From the human T2T-CHM13v2.0 reference genome, Homo sapiens: a stretch of 64,000 bases of DNA. Every line of letters begins with the position of its first letter. The first letter of the stretch is position 1. The notes beneath the pieces were generated by a model, which ran no database searches, was not told the DNA's origin, and was given only the letters and a program-made list of their open reading frames with translations. The stretch lies in the NCBI RefSeq assembly GCF_009914755.1, contig NC_060933.1. One strand, 5' to 3'. Position numbers and translations under genes: made by a program. Positions 1 through 16,133 of this stretch are shown here, one piece after another.

Positions 1-310
1 CTCTGGAGAACCCTGACTAGAACAATACAGTCCTTCTAGGTCTTTCTTGGCCATCATCTATTGAGTTTCCCCTTGGTGGTTCTAAACCTCTCCTCTCTTT
101 TCTACTGGTTCTCACTTTACTGGAGCAATTGAGTCCCTCAGAGTTGTCCTCAGCCTTGTCTCTGCCTCTAAAATCCTCCCTCCTTAGCCCATCCTTCCCA
201 CCACCTCTCCTTCTTCTATGACTTCAACCTCTATCTTCGGCATACAAATGTATTCAAGCATTCAAGTCTCTCTTACCTAAACATCACCCCAACCTTAGAG
301 CCCTCTCTAG

Positions 311-1890
<1,580 letters not shown>

Positions 1891-2200
1891 TTCCATCCCT
1901 CAACCTAGTGCAAACTGATTTCCACTCCTGGCATCCACTGACATCTCTCTCACCAAGGTGACCAGGGAACTTGATGGCCAAGAGCATCTGCTCAGCTCTC
2001 ATTCTTCACCTTTCTGCTAGTCACTCCTTCCTTCTGCAAACTCTGCTTGACTTCCATCACCCAGCTCTAACTGAACCCTCTCCAATCTCTCTGACCCACC
2101 CCTCTACCTCCTTCACATATAGCCATCCTCCAAGATTTAGGCCTCAGTCCTTCCCTCTCTAGTCTCCATCTGTGGTCCCACTCTCTCCTATACACACTTC

Positions 2201-2648
2201 TGTTGGGAGCCGAAAAGGCCAAAGGGATCGTGACCAACTCAGCATTCCACTGGAGGCTATATGATCAAACAGCAAACTGTTTATCATGAATGTAGGATGT
2301 GAGCAAACACACTGCACCTGCCACCAAAAGGTTTGCTGATGGACATCACTCCTTGGTGCAGGGCTCCTTGAAGTTATCTAAGAAATCTAGCACCTATTGT
2401 TCAAAAGATGCAGTCTCACAAGCCTGCTGTGAACCAAACCTCTAACTGACAATTACCGACAATCACCCCCCCTTTCTCGCTCTCTTTTGCCTACGAAATA
2501 CGGAGGGATGTGTAAAACTCAGGGCCCTTGTCCACTAGAGGCAAAGTGCCCCCTGACCCCTTCTTCCAAATATACTCTTTTGTCTTGTCTTTTATTCCCA
2601 TTGCCCACCCACCTTTGTTCAGTCCACCAGGGATCATGGCAGGCTACA
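2201..2648 (+). mobile_element. Solo ERV LTR, LTR3-like (HERV-K HML-6 group)
   Basis: TGT...ACA termini, 6-bp TSD CACTTC (2195-2200 and 2649-2654). The start TGTTGGGAGCCGAAAAGGCCAAAGGGATCGTGACCAACTCAGCATTCCACTGGAGG resembles the LTR3 consensus as I recall it. Confidence 0.8.
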
Positions 2649-4599
2649 CACTTCTAGTTCCTGGACATCTTCTAAATCTTCTGTCTCCCAGCAATCACCT
2701 GGGCTCCCCCAAAGCCCTCAAACTAATGGTTCTGGCAATTTCACAGATTCATGATTTATGACCCCATCCTTTCCCCTTGCCTTTTTCCCAGCCCGTACCT
2801 CTGGTCGGTCACCAAGTTAGTCACTTCCCTACTGGGACCCGCTTTCCCATCAACGCTCCCCACTCAGCTCCATACCTCTGCCCTGCCCAGACCTTCATCA
2901 TGTCACTCCTGACATCTCTGCCCACAGCCTCTGCCCCATCCATCCTGCAACCAGGGACCCGATTAACCTCCTAAGCAGCAGTTGATCAAAACATTCCTTT
3001 ATCTGAAACCTTCTATGGTTCCTTATTGCCATTAAGATTCCTTAACATGGAATGCTTTCAGGGCTCCAGAATCTGTCCCCAGATTTTCCTTCAATTATTC
3101 ATCTTGCTGAGCTCTTCAGACTCCAACTAATTTACTCACTGTCCCCAAAACATGCCAAACATTTTCCCACCTCTGAACTTTTACATGACACTAACATTAG
3201 ACCCTCATTATTGACTCTTCTAAACGTTCCCCATATTTCAAAACTGAGCTCCAAGCCACCTCTGTGAAATCATCCGTAAACACATCAGCTATTCCTCCAA
3301 TTTTGAGTGTATACTTGTTTGTTGCTTTTGCATAATATGTAATGCCTCCTCTAGCAAGGGAATCACAGGAGAGTTTCTCCCAAAGTCATGCATTTCCCCA
3401 AAAAGAATGCTGTCTGTTCCGGAGCTACTACTGTTGTGAGCAACTAAAAGTTGTCTTCCTTGGGCTCTCTCATAGTAGTCCCTGCCCCTCTTTTCCTCAT
3501 GAGACTATGTCAAGGCTAATGTGAAAATACTTCATGCACTGTTGCCAATGTATGTTAGGGATGAGCATAAAACAACAGACAAGGGGAAACAGAATCAATT
3601 GCAGACCCTAACATTTTAACTTTCTTAAATGTTTTTCTTCAACACTTTCCTATGGTTCATACTTTAAATGACTTTAAAATTATGCTTTAAGTAAATATAT
3701 GCTTTAAATAATTTTTATTTGCTTCATTTTTCCTTCATAGCTATCCCTTTTTTTTTGTCATCAAAGATATGTGCGTTTTTTATAAAAACACTTTCTTGTC
3801 CCCTGCTGACTACCTCTGGAAGCTTCTTGTTGACCTCTGGTTTTTTGGTTTCTTTTTTTGGCTTTTCATTTCTTAGGGTGGTGGTGGTGGTAGTGAAGGA
3901 GAGGGGTCTTCTGGTGGCCCCTGCATAAGCACTCCCCCTCAACATGAGCATGATTAACTGGAACCACTGTTATTTCTGTGGTGTAGACAAAATGAGCCAT
4001 GTAGCTATTAACATCTCCCTGATTTAAAAAGAAACACGGAACTTTCTTTTTCCTGCTGTCCTTAGGGAGGAAAGGTGTAAATATAAGAGACTGTAGCTAG
4101 TATCTTGGAAGTCCCCAGGAGACAGGCGTTTCCTCTTGGTCACTGACTCTCTGGGTCACTGACGCTCCTTGAACAGCAGGGCCACCGTGTCTCCCTTTGA
4201 AGCAAGTGATCCTTAAGGAATTTTCCAGGTTTAGTAACTTCTGTCTAGCTCCGAAAAGACGTAATGGCTGCAAAAGTGCTTCGTTGAAGAAGATAAGATA
4301 TATTCATTTTTAAATAAAAATACTTATGGGCGAGAAAAATCGGAGTGGACTGAATCAATTACAGTAAATCTATGGGCTCTAAGGGAGCAAATAATCCAGG
4401 CTGGCTGAAAGAATTAAATATTTTAAATTTATAAAGCCAGGGACCCTCAAATCCATAAAAGGATTCAATCTTCTTCTTCTTTTTTTTTAGGATTCAATCT
4501 TCTAATAATCCCGGGAGGGGGCGCAAGAGCAGGATTCTTGTTTCTATTTTACGAATGAGGAAACTGAGGTTCAGAAAGCCTAAGTGGCATGCCTCTTCA

Positions 4600-5560
4600 G
4601 TAATCGGCCAATCGTCGCTGCCCTAACTTCACCTCACCTCCCAGTGCAGCACTAGAGTCCCCTCAGGGGTGGCCGTCCCTGGTCAGTCCAGCTCCAGCAG
4701 ACGGGGTGGGTAGGACGCTCCCTATCAGGCAGCACTTCCGCCTCCCGGGGCCCGCGCAGCTCACCTCCCTCACCTCCCGCCCTACCCCAGTCACGAGTTG
4801 TTTTAGGGGGACCGCCCCTCCACTTGCTGATTGGGTAGCTCCTGAACCATTGTTGTCCTCTGATTGGTTGTTCCCTTTTCGGCTCTGCAACACCGCCTAG
4901 ACCGACCGGATACACGGGTAGGGCTTCCGCTTTACCCGTCTCCCTCCTGGCGCTTGTCCTCCTCTCCCAGTCGGCACCACAGCGGTGGCTGCCGGGCGTG
5001 GTGTCGGTGGGTCGGTTGGTTTTTGTCTCACCGTTGGTGTCCGTGCCGTTCAGTTGCCCGCCATGGCTGAGCTGGATCCGTTCGGCGCCCCTGCCGGCGC
5101 CCCTGGCGGTCCCGCGCTGGGGAACGGAGTGGCCGGCGCCGGCGAAGAAGACCCGGCTGCGGCCTTCTTGGCGCAGCAAGAGAGCGAGATTGCGGGCATC
5201 GAGAACGACGAGGCCTTCGCCATCCTGGACGGCGGCGCCCCCGGGCCCCAGCCGCACGGCGAGCCGCCGGGGGGTCCGGGTGAGAGTGCGGGCGCGTTTG
5301 GGGCGAGAGGACTTGTCTGGAAACTCGGTCCACAGTGGGTCCGAGAGCTTCTGTGTGACTCGTGCTCCTTGCTGAATTAGGAGGTTAGGGAGCAGTGCAA
5401 ACAGGAAACGAGACCCTGGCCCGGTCTTTCAGAAACCTAGGCTCGAGAAGCCTGTTCGGTTCTCAGCATGTTTGAGTGCTTCTGGGCGCGGGCGGAGCGA
5501 GAAAGCAAGTGTAGGGTGGCAGGCTCCGGAGCCGGAAGAAGCCCGTTCAATTCAGCAACT
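4600..5560 (+). promoter_or_regulatory. CLTA: CLTA CpG-island promoter / first exon region
   Basis: High GC and CpG density around exon 1. CCAAT at 4608-4612, inverted CCAAT (ATTGG) at 4830-4834 and 4863-4867, ETS-like CACTTCCGCC at ~4733-4742, GC boxes CCGCCC at ~4777 and ~4812. No TATA box seen. Edges are approximate. Confidence 0.85.
5063..5279 (+). CDS. CLTA: Clathrin light chain A, coding exon 1 (217 nt)
   Basis: Kozak GCCATGG. Encodes MAELDPFGAPAG...EEDPAAAFLAQQESEIAGIEND (the conserved light-chain segment that binds HIP1/HIP1R)...EPPGGP. Donor G|GTGAGA. Confidence 0.98.
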
Positions 5561-7975
5561 TTTCATTAAGCATTTGCTGTGCCTTTAGTCCGGTCTCTGA
5601 AGCAACCGCATTGGCGCAGTTTTTCCAGACTTATAAGCTTATAAGTCTGAGCCGAGCACAGAACTCGTTATTAGAAAAGGAGGGCGGAAAAAAATAAGAA
5701 TGGAAATATCGTTTTTGAGAGATACAAACAAAAGTAGCAATGCAGTTCAGCATTTAAGCACTTAAGGTGTACAGAGTGTTGGATTACGAGGAGGAAGGAG
5801 GGAGTAGGGAACTCGAAAGATGATCTAGGTCTGGAGAAAGAACTGCCAAGCGCGGTAGGAGTTTGCTATCGTTGAGCGATTGATTTACAGCTAGGACTTC
5901 TGGAGCTCTTCCTCTGGGAACAGCTTTGGTAGGCAATATTGCCTAAGCAGAACCCAAGATTAGCCTAAACCAATCAGGGAGGGATGAAGAGGTGAATAGA
6001 GAATGTTCTCAGCCAAACTCAAGTAAAAATGGGGCAGGTAGGATGGCAGTTTGACCTTTGGATGCCTTAACCTGTGTGTGATGCTTAGGATCATGAGTGG
6101 AAAAGACCTACTTAATAATACAAAGAAGTAGGAAATTTAGCTAGAAGAAATGAAATACGGCTTTTCATTCACTTAAAAAATTCCAACTAAGGGAGAATAG
6201 GGCACTACTGGGGCATATAGGAGTAGTGTCTACCCTAAATTCAAACCTTAAGGAGCCAGGTAGGTAACATATACGAGAGAAGCTGGCTTGACATGAGACA
6301 GTAGAAGTGTTGGAGACTGAGGCTTTGCTGCACTATAGTAGTGCTCTGTGTAAAGGCATTCAGATCCAGCAGTCTCAAGTTACTGTGCCAGCCAGGCGGA
6401 ACCTTTTGATGGATGGGTTGGTGGGTGTGCTGCTAGTTTGCAGCCTCTTGAGTTTTTGACTGCACCATGTTGCTTCCTAAACAAATCAGTCCCCCAATAA
6501 GAACTTAGTGGGAACATGTAATATGCCCGAATATGCAACTTTATAGCGGGTAGGTTGGACTAAACTAGGCTGTGATTGTGAGATGAAGTTGGCCTTAAGT
6601 GATTAGGGGATATTTTCATTGGGTGGTCTCTAACATTTGTCTGAGAATTTTAAAATTGACTTCTTAGACCCTTAGTTTAACCTTCCTCATTTAATAGAAG
6701 AGAAGCAATCCTAGAGAGAAACGACTTGCTTAAAAAAGCACGAGTTAATAGCTGAGCCCCAAGTCTACCCACTCTTAGAATATACCACATTCTGTTGCAG
6801 TGTTTAGTTGTTTTAGCAGGGGTGTAGTGCGATAACAGACAGGCAGCTGTGGCTGTCCCAGGTGGAACAGATTTGGGAGAAGCAGAACCCAAGATCTGTA
6901 GTTGGAAGATTGTCCTGATTCAAGGACAGTGTTACCCTTACTGTTTTATCTCCACTGCCTAGCAGTGTGTCTGACATGTAGTAGATGCTCACGTTTGACA
7001 AAGAAATGGGCAAAAATGTCAGATCCAAGGGTCCTATGTAGAACTGACAGATCTTGGTGACGGGCAGTTAGGGAAGGTAAAAGGGAGAGAATAGAGTTGG
7101 ATGCTCGGTCCTTTGTGCATCAAGCCTTCGGCAAAGGGAAGGAAAGAAATGGTTGCTGACTTAGTTCCTAGGAGGGACTTTCTTAGTGAACTAAGCATTT
7201 GGTGACTTAAAGCCAGATTCCTGACAGTGTAATTGAAGTTGGTAATATGCAGTGGTCAGCATTTCCTTTGGAGTTTAGAGAACTGATTGGACACTTTTTC
7301 TCTCTTAGTTTTCTTTTTCCTTCTTTTTTTTTTTTTTTAAAGATATGCTCTAGTGGTTAAGATTCTATGCTATCCTAAACTGCTTGAGTGTGAGTTTAGC
7401 TTTGTGATCTCAGACAATGTATATAACTACCACCACTGCCCGGCCTCAGTTTTCTCCTTTGTAAAAGTTGCATAATATAATTTATAATGCTATGTGGCAT
7501 CTTTAGGATTACATTAAAGAGTGTCTATAAAGTGCTTACAGTTATATTAAGTATCTAGTGAATTCCAGCTACTATTAGTGGGAGAAAGGAGTTACAAGGC
7601 CTTTAGGCTTTGAAGTGTACTGAGTAAATTGAGGTTTTAGGCGGGAGCTCTCTTTCTGATGTATTATACAGAGATATATAGGCAGTCAGCTATGACAGAT
7701 TGATGAGAGGAAAATAAACTGGCCCCAGCCTTGCGGAAAGCGTCTATGGAGGATGGGCACAGGCAAAAACCAGAGGGGTTAGGGCTAAGCCTTGGATGAC
7801 TCCTTTGGTTGTTAAGAGATCCAGAAAAGAGACGTAGGTTTAGAGGCAGGAAGAAACCAGCTGGGTGAAGTGATATTGAGGTAACCAGCTGTGGGGGATA
7901 TTGAGGAAGAACAGGTGGTCATGAAGGAGGCAGCACAAGTGGAGCTGTTGAAAAGCTCTCAATCATGAGGGCTGA

Positions 7976-8330
<355 letters not shown>

Positions 8331-9690
8331 TGACAAGTTATTTCTTGTAGGAGAAGAAAGAGACATGGGTGAATTAAAGGGAAGCTTTCTGGAGAAGTAA
8401 TTTTATTGGTAGCAGTGGTGGAGGGAAGTTTAGGGAAATCTCATGCATGATAGTTAATTGTACTGCACATTTGCTGTATACCAGGTACACTTTCAGATCC
8501 CAGCAGTAGCTCCACAGGTTAAGTGGTAGTGTCATATTTCAGATGAGAATGGATCGGTGTGGAAGTTGAGCAGTGTCACTAAGGTAGCAAGGTAATAAAT
8601 GGCTCAAGTGCAGCTTCAAACGTAGGTCTGCTTGACTTCAAATGTTTCTGGAATGTGGAAAGTTGAAAGTGGGTTTGGGACAGTCTTTCACTTTTGAAAA
8701 CTGGCCCTTTTTCTGTCTGGAGTTCCTGAAAGGCCCTAGAAAGTTTCCTTCTGAAGCATCGTGTTGCTTAGTTTAGTTGTTGTAGTAAGTCAAGGCCCTA
8801 CATGTCCTTTCTGCATGTTTCCACAGCAACAGACGATCCCTTGGCTTGAGCCAGTTGATTCTTGTAAGAATGTTAGTGCAGTAATACAGTAACTAATAAA
8901 GAGGAAAGCAGATGCCAGTGGGTCTGGAGGAGCCTTCAGACAGCATGTGATTTTTAAGGAGATGTGGGATGAGGATTGCTTCTTGTTTTGTATATGGAGT
9001 AGTGATCAAAGTCTCTCATATTCCAGCCCAGGGCTGGACTATATTAGTGGATAGTTGGTATGTCAATTGTACTATATTAACCATAATGTAGGCCTGGCCA
9101 GACTAGCCACTGTAGGATCTAGGATTTAAAACTATCTCACTCTTCTGTCTTACACAAAAATAAATTCCAGGTGGATTAAAGAGAGACATTTAAAAAGTAA
9201 AAGAAGAAAAGTGAGTATTTGTCTATCTCATAATAGGAAAGGCCTTCAGCATAAAAGCAGATACAGAAATCATGAAGAAAAAGTCGATCATGTCTACATA
9301 CACAAATTAAGTTGTTCCAAGTGTTAAATACCATAAACCAAATCAAAAGAGAAACTAGGGAAAATATTTGACTATTAGAGAGCAAATACTTAGAGATCAA
9401 AAAATAGCAGGAAAATAGGCAAACTCAGAAAATTCAGTAAAGAAGAAAATCAGGTGTCGGGTATGTGATTACCTCACTGGAAATAAGATTGGCACAACAA
9501 AGCCACCATGAGTTTGTTTTTTTTTTCCATTATCAAATTAGCAAAAATTTTAAAACATGATCAAGCACAGTCCCTAGTATCAGGGAAGGTCTAAGAAATG
9601 GGGCACTTGTGCTGCTAGTAGTAATATAAACTGGTAGACTAATAGGAACAAGTGGGTAGAATTTTAGAAGTCTTTGAAATACATATCCTG

Positions 9691-10655
<965 letters not shown>

Positions 10656-10898
10656 TAACCCAGCAATTCTACACCAAGAAATTTATTACAGAGGCGAAAT
10701 TGAATATGCTTCCCCCATGCTTTCACTAGTTTGATAAACTTCATATTTCCAAAACTTTATAGAGTGCTTAAAAAACTACATAGGTAGGTGGCACATGCCT
10801 TAAAGTGGTAAAAGGCCACTGACAAACTATAAGAAACTCATTTTTGTACTGACATATAGGAGTAAAAGTCAACTAGGAAAATTAAGAAAAATATGAGA

Positions 10899-11181
10899 GG
10901 CCAGGCATGGTGGCTCATGCCTGTAATCCAATACTTTGGGAGACCGAGGCGGGTGGATCGCTTGAGTCCAGGAAATCGATAGCAGCCTGGGCAGCATGGC
11001 GAAACCCCCTTCCTACAAAAAAATAGAAAAATTATCCAGGCGTGGTGGCGCATGCCTGCAATCCCAGCTCCTGTGGGGACTGAGGTGGGAGGTTCGCTTG
11101 AGCCCAAAAGGTCGAGGCTACAGTAAGCCATGATTGGGCCACTTTGCTCCAGCCTGGGCGACAGAGCAAGACTGTCTCAAA
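10899..11181 (+). mobile_element. AluJ-type
   Basis: Diverged Alu with J-type features (CTTGAGCCC, GGCTACAGT). Confidence 0.85.
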
Positions 11182-11556
11182 GATGAAGCTGCAGGTCTCT
11201 GCTCACTATGGGTGATTCCAGGCCACACTTTTTTTTTTCCCTCATGCAGAATTTTCATAGAGAAACACTGTTCTCTTTCTGCTAGTCTTCCATTTGTTAC
11301 CACTGTAAAATAGAAAACAGAAAATAAAATCAAAAGCTTTTGGACTTGGGAGCTTAAGGACAGATGTGTACACATTTTGGTGAAATTTGTATATAAGCAC
11401 ATCTTGGTTTTATTTGTTGTATATAGCACCTACCACAGGGATAGCATTTAGTAGCTCAAGGTTCATACAGCATATGATGCTGTATTCTACTGTACAACCC
11501 TTTGGCCCAGTGTTTGACCAGTCCTTATTGATAGACCAAAATCTTATGTCTTGCAG

Positions 11557-11594
11557 ATGCTGTTGATGGAGTAATGAATGGTGAATACTACCAG
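11557..11594 (+). CDS. CLTA: Clathrin light chain A, exon 2 (38 nt)
   Basis: ttgcag|ATGCTGTTGATGGA...TACTACCAG|gtacag; encodes DAVDGVMNGEYYQ; phase matches exon 1. Confidence 0.96.
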
Positions 11595-12003
11595 GTACAG
11601 AGTACTCTGATTCTGTTCATTGATAGTGATTGAGAATCTTCCTTTCCTGTGATTTTAATTGACTGACCTAGAAAGAAACCCCAGTCCTTTGACTTTCCTG
11701 AATGTATTACTGGCTGGTGTGTTATCTACCAAAGTGGAAAGATTTAAAGAGAGGTAGCATTGATAAAAAGAGAACTGTTTAAAAATGTTATTTACCTGCC
11801 CCTAGTGTTATCACCTTTATTCTAAAGAAATCACCATTCAAATGATACTGTGTTGAGTGCAGTAAGTTAATACTAATACTTTAAATAATTCTCCTTCCAT
11901 CTTTGTTTATAGTCTGATTAGGTTAACCTGGTAATATTAATATTCCTTAGTTCAGTGAGTGGCATATGGAATAATTTTGTAAAGATTAACATTTATTTGA
12001 GTC

Positions 12004-12979
<976 letters not shown>

Positions 12980-12984
12980 TTAAG

Positions 12985-13102
12985 GAAAGTAATGGTCCAA
13001 CAGACAGTTATGCAGCTATTTCACAAGTGGATCGATTGCAGTCAGAGCCTGAAAGTATCCGTAAATGGAGAGAAGAACAAATGGAACGCTTGGAAGCCCT
13101 TG
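12985..13102 (+). CDS. CLTA: Clathrin light chain A, exon 3 (118 nt)
   Basis: taag|GAAAGT...GCCCTTG|gtaagg; encodes ESNGPTDSYAAISQVDRLQSEPESIRKWREEQMERLEAL. Confidence 0.97.
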
Positions 13103-13440
13103 GTAAGGAATCCCTTCTGTGTTTTGGTGTCTGTTTTCAGTGGAGTAGTTGAGCTGGACTCTACTTTTATTCCTTTTTAGCTCACATTAACCAGTGTCAT
13201 TGTCTGGTCTTTGGGAAGATATCTTCTCAGCCTGAAGGTTACAAGGCTACCTGCACAGAGATGCCTAATCACAGGCCATTGTGTGAGGAGTAGGGTAGCC
13301 GGAGATCCCCAAGATCCTCTCACAGGAAGAGCATAGTGATGCTGCTCCTGACCTCAAGAGTAGCCTCAGGTGGTGTTTATAGAGTGCTTTATAAACTTGA
13401 AGGATTCAAGTTTCCTATGTCCGTGGACTTTAACAGTCCA

Positions 13441-13759
13441 TTTTTCTTTTTTCTTTTTTCTTTTTTTTTTTTTGAGATGAAGTCTCACTCTGTTACCCAG
13501 GGTGGAGTGCAGTGGTGCGATCTCGGCTCATTGCAAGCTCTGCCTCCCGGGTTCACACCATTCTCCTGCCCTCAGCCTCCTGAGTAGCTGGGTCTACAGG
13601 CGCCCGCCACTACGTCCCGCTCATTTTTTTTTTGTATTTTTAGTAGAGACAGGGTTTCACCGTGTTAGCCAGGTTGGTCTCGATCTCCTGACCTTGTGAT
13701 CCACACACCTTGGCCTCCTAAAATGCTGGGATTACAGGCGTGAGCCACCGCGCCCGGCC
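13441..13759 (-). mobile_element. AluY-type
   Basis: Y-type features GCAAGCTC and GTTAGCCAGG...CTCGATCTCC. Confidence 0.88.
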
Positions 13760-14661
13760 TCCATTTTTTATTTGAAGGCTAAATGAATTTAAAGTAACAC
13801 GAGGAAAATGAGGTATGTTAGGAAAAAATGTACAATTTGTTTTTCCTACCTTAATATCTCTGTAAGGTAAGTTTTACAATTTTACAGGTAAGAAAAGTGG
13901 AGGAGAGGTAGAATAAGTATTTGGAATACTCAGCTAAGGAATGGTAAGAGTCACAATTTCAGCTGAAGTCTGCCTTGCTTCAAAGTCACTACCCATCCCC
14001 ATCAGCCACATTGCTTTCTAAACATTTAATGTGCGTGGCCATCTAGCCACACAGCCTGGCCTTTGATAAAGAGATGTGTACGTGGAGTGTCACCTGTTGG
14101 TTCATGATCAGGGGAGACTTGTGTCTGTACATGGTGGATTGGAGAAGTATGCAGAGTGTGAGGATATAATCCACATTGTGGCCTTTTCTTTGTTTTTTCT
14201 TTTTCTTTTTTTAATCAGCTGACTTTAAGATTCATCTTTTCTCAACTTTACAGAACAATTGAAAGGAGGAAAATAAACATGTGCACCCCCAGATTCAGTA
14301 ATTAATGGATTATCTTTATATAAATGATATGTTTTAGACATACACACACACAAATTGTTTTGGCTGACCTACTTTAAGATAAAGACATCATATACTTTGT
14401 GTCTAAATATTTCAATGTACACCTCCTAGAAATAATGACATTCTCCTATGTAACCACAACGTCAGCAGTATTATTCCCTCTTGGGAACTGTTGAACTAGT
14501 GAAAACATGAGTCCTTATTTTTCAGATGGGATAACTGACACCCAGAAATAGGAAGGGACATGACCCAGATGACACAGCCAATTAGTGCCAAATCATTTAT
14601 CTCTCTAGTCCAATTTAGGTGGCTTTCAGAACAAAGAATGCACTTAGTATTTGAACCTTTA

Positions 14662-14877
14662 TAGCACCATTCATTAGTGATTTCTTTGGTGGAAATATTC
14701 TGTATCTGTGCTGTCTCGTATGGTAGCCACTAACCACATGTAACTGTTAAGTACTTGAAGTGTGGCTTCACAATTCAAGTGTGACTGAGAAACTGAATTT
14801 TAAATTTTCTTTAATTTTAATAAATTTACATTGAAGTAGCCACATGTAGCTAGTAGCTACCATATTGGACAGTGGAG
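14662..14877 (+). mobile_element. MER3-like hAT DNA transposon relic
   Basis: GGAAATATTCTGTATCTGTGCTGTC...GGTAGCCACTAACCACATG...GTAGCTACCATATTGGACAG, with internal inverted repeats. Confidence 0.75.
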
Positions 14878-15835
14878 CTGTAGGAAGATGAAAATAGGTC
14901 CTAACAGCTTTGGTCCTTGCTTGTTCTTTGTGTCTCTTGAGTATGCTTAGAGGCAAGATTTAGCTGGTCTTAGTACTGCTGTAGTATTTTTCATGTTACA
15001 GAACCCAAATTTATCTTTTCTGTTTTACCAAGCTCTAGCAGTTTTTCTTCTCCATGGAGAGAGTCTACTTTGGTGTCTGGAAAGATTTAATTTTTCAATT
15101 ATGAAATTGGGTACTTGGGGAATACTCTTATGAGCTGTTTTCTTAATTCAAAGTGCTTTTTTTGAGAGAAGTACAACATTTGGCCTTGCATTCCAACTGA
15201 ATTGAATTCACTTGGTTCATGAACAAGGTGTTCCTTCAATTTCACCTTTTTTCCTTGCAAAAACTGTGAGAAAGCACGCGATGCTAAAAATAGAGAACCG
15301 GTGCCAGTGGTTTTCAGCCTAGCTGCTGGCTACATTCTCAAGTAATTTTCTTTTCTCTGACCAGTAACGAGGGTGGCCAGAAGGGAAGGCACCTGTGAAT
15401 GTGCTTTGCTCTCTAAGGGGACTCTTCCTCTTCATCCTCTGAGGGGAAGAATTCTAAATTAGTATTGCAGTGGCACTAAAGCTGCAAAAGCCAGAAGACC
15501 AATTTAAATGTACTATTTTATGCAGTAACCACAGTCTGTTCAGGAGGTCACCATTTTTATTTAATTTCATTTTTCAGAGATAAATTTTATATTTTAGTCC
15601 TAATGTATAGTAAATGTTAACATCAAAATACATTGAAAGAAAATACTGTCCAATCAAAAAGGTAATTATTTGGAAGTAATTTCACCATGATTGAAAAGGG
15701 GGCCTTACATTTTGAATTAGGTATTGTCACATGGCACTTCCAGCCCACAGCTTCTCATTGCAGCATAGCTAAATCTTGCATTCCACATCTGTACTTCATG
15801 CCATGGATAGACACATATTAGATGTTTACTGTAGA

Positions 15836-16133
15836 GGCTAGGTGGTGTGGCTCAGGTCTGTAATCCCAGCACTTTAGGAGGCTGAGGTGGGAGGATCACT
15901 TGAGCTCAGGAGTTCAAGACCAGCCTGGGCACCATAGTGAGACCCTATCTCTACTAAAAAAAAAAAATTAGCTGGGGGTTGTGGTGCACGCTTGTGGTCC
16001 CAGCTGCTTAGGAGATTGAGGTGGGAGGATCACTTGAGCCTGGGAGATTGAGGCTGCAGTGAGCTGTGATAGAACTACTGCAGTACAGCCTGGGCTACAG
16101 AGCGAGACCCTATCTCAAATAAAACAAAAAAAA
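15836..16133 (+). mobile_element. AluJ-type
   Basis: Diverged Alu consensus. Confidence 0.85.

Noticed and set aside
3724-3951. Lys/Glu-rich ORF considered as a processed pseudogene fragment
   Set aside because: No recognisable parent protein, poly-A or TSD; more likely A-rich degraded repeat sequence.
4918-4970. Possible 53-nt GT-AG intron in the CLTA 5'UTR (CGG|GTAGGG...CCCAG|)
   Set aside because: Shorter than typical human spliceosomal introns; no support from the sequence alone.
4652-5257. 201-aa antisense ORF over CLTA exon 1, and other overlapping ORFs
   Set aside because: Stop-poor frames are expected in a GC-rich CpG island opposite a real CDS; there is no recognisable domain.
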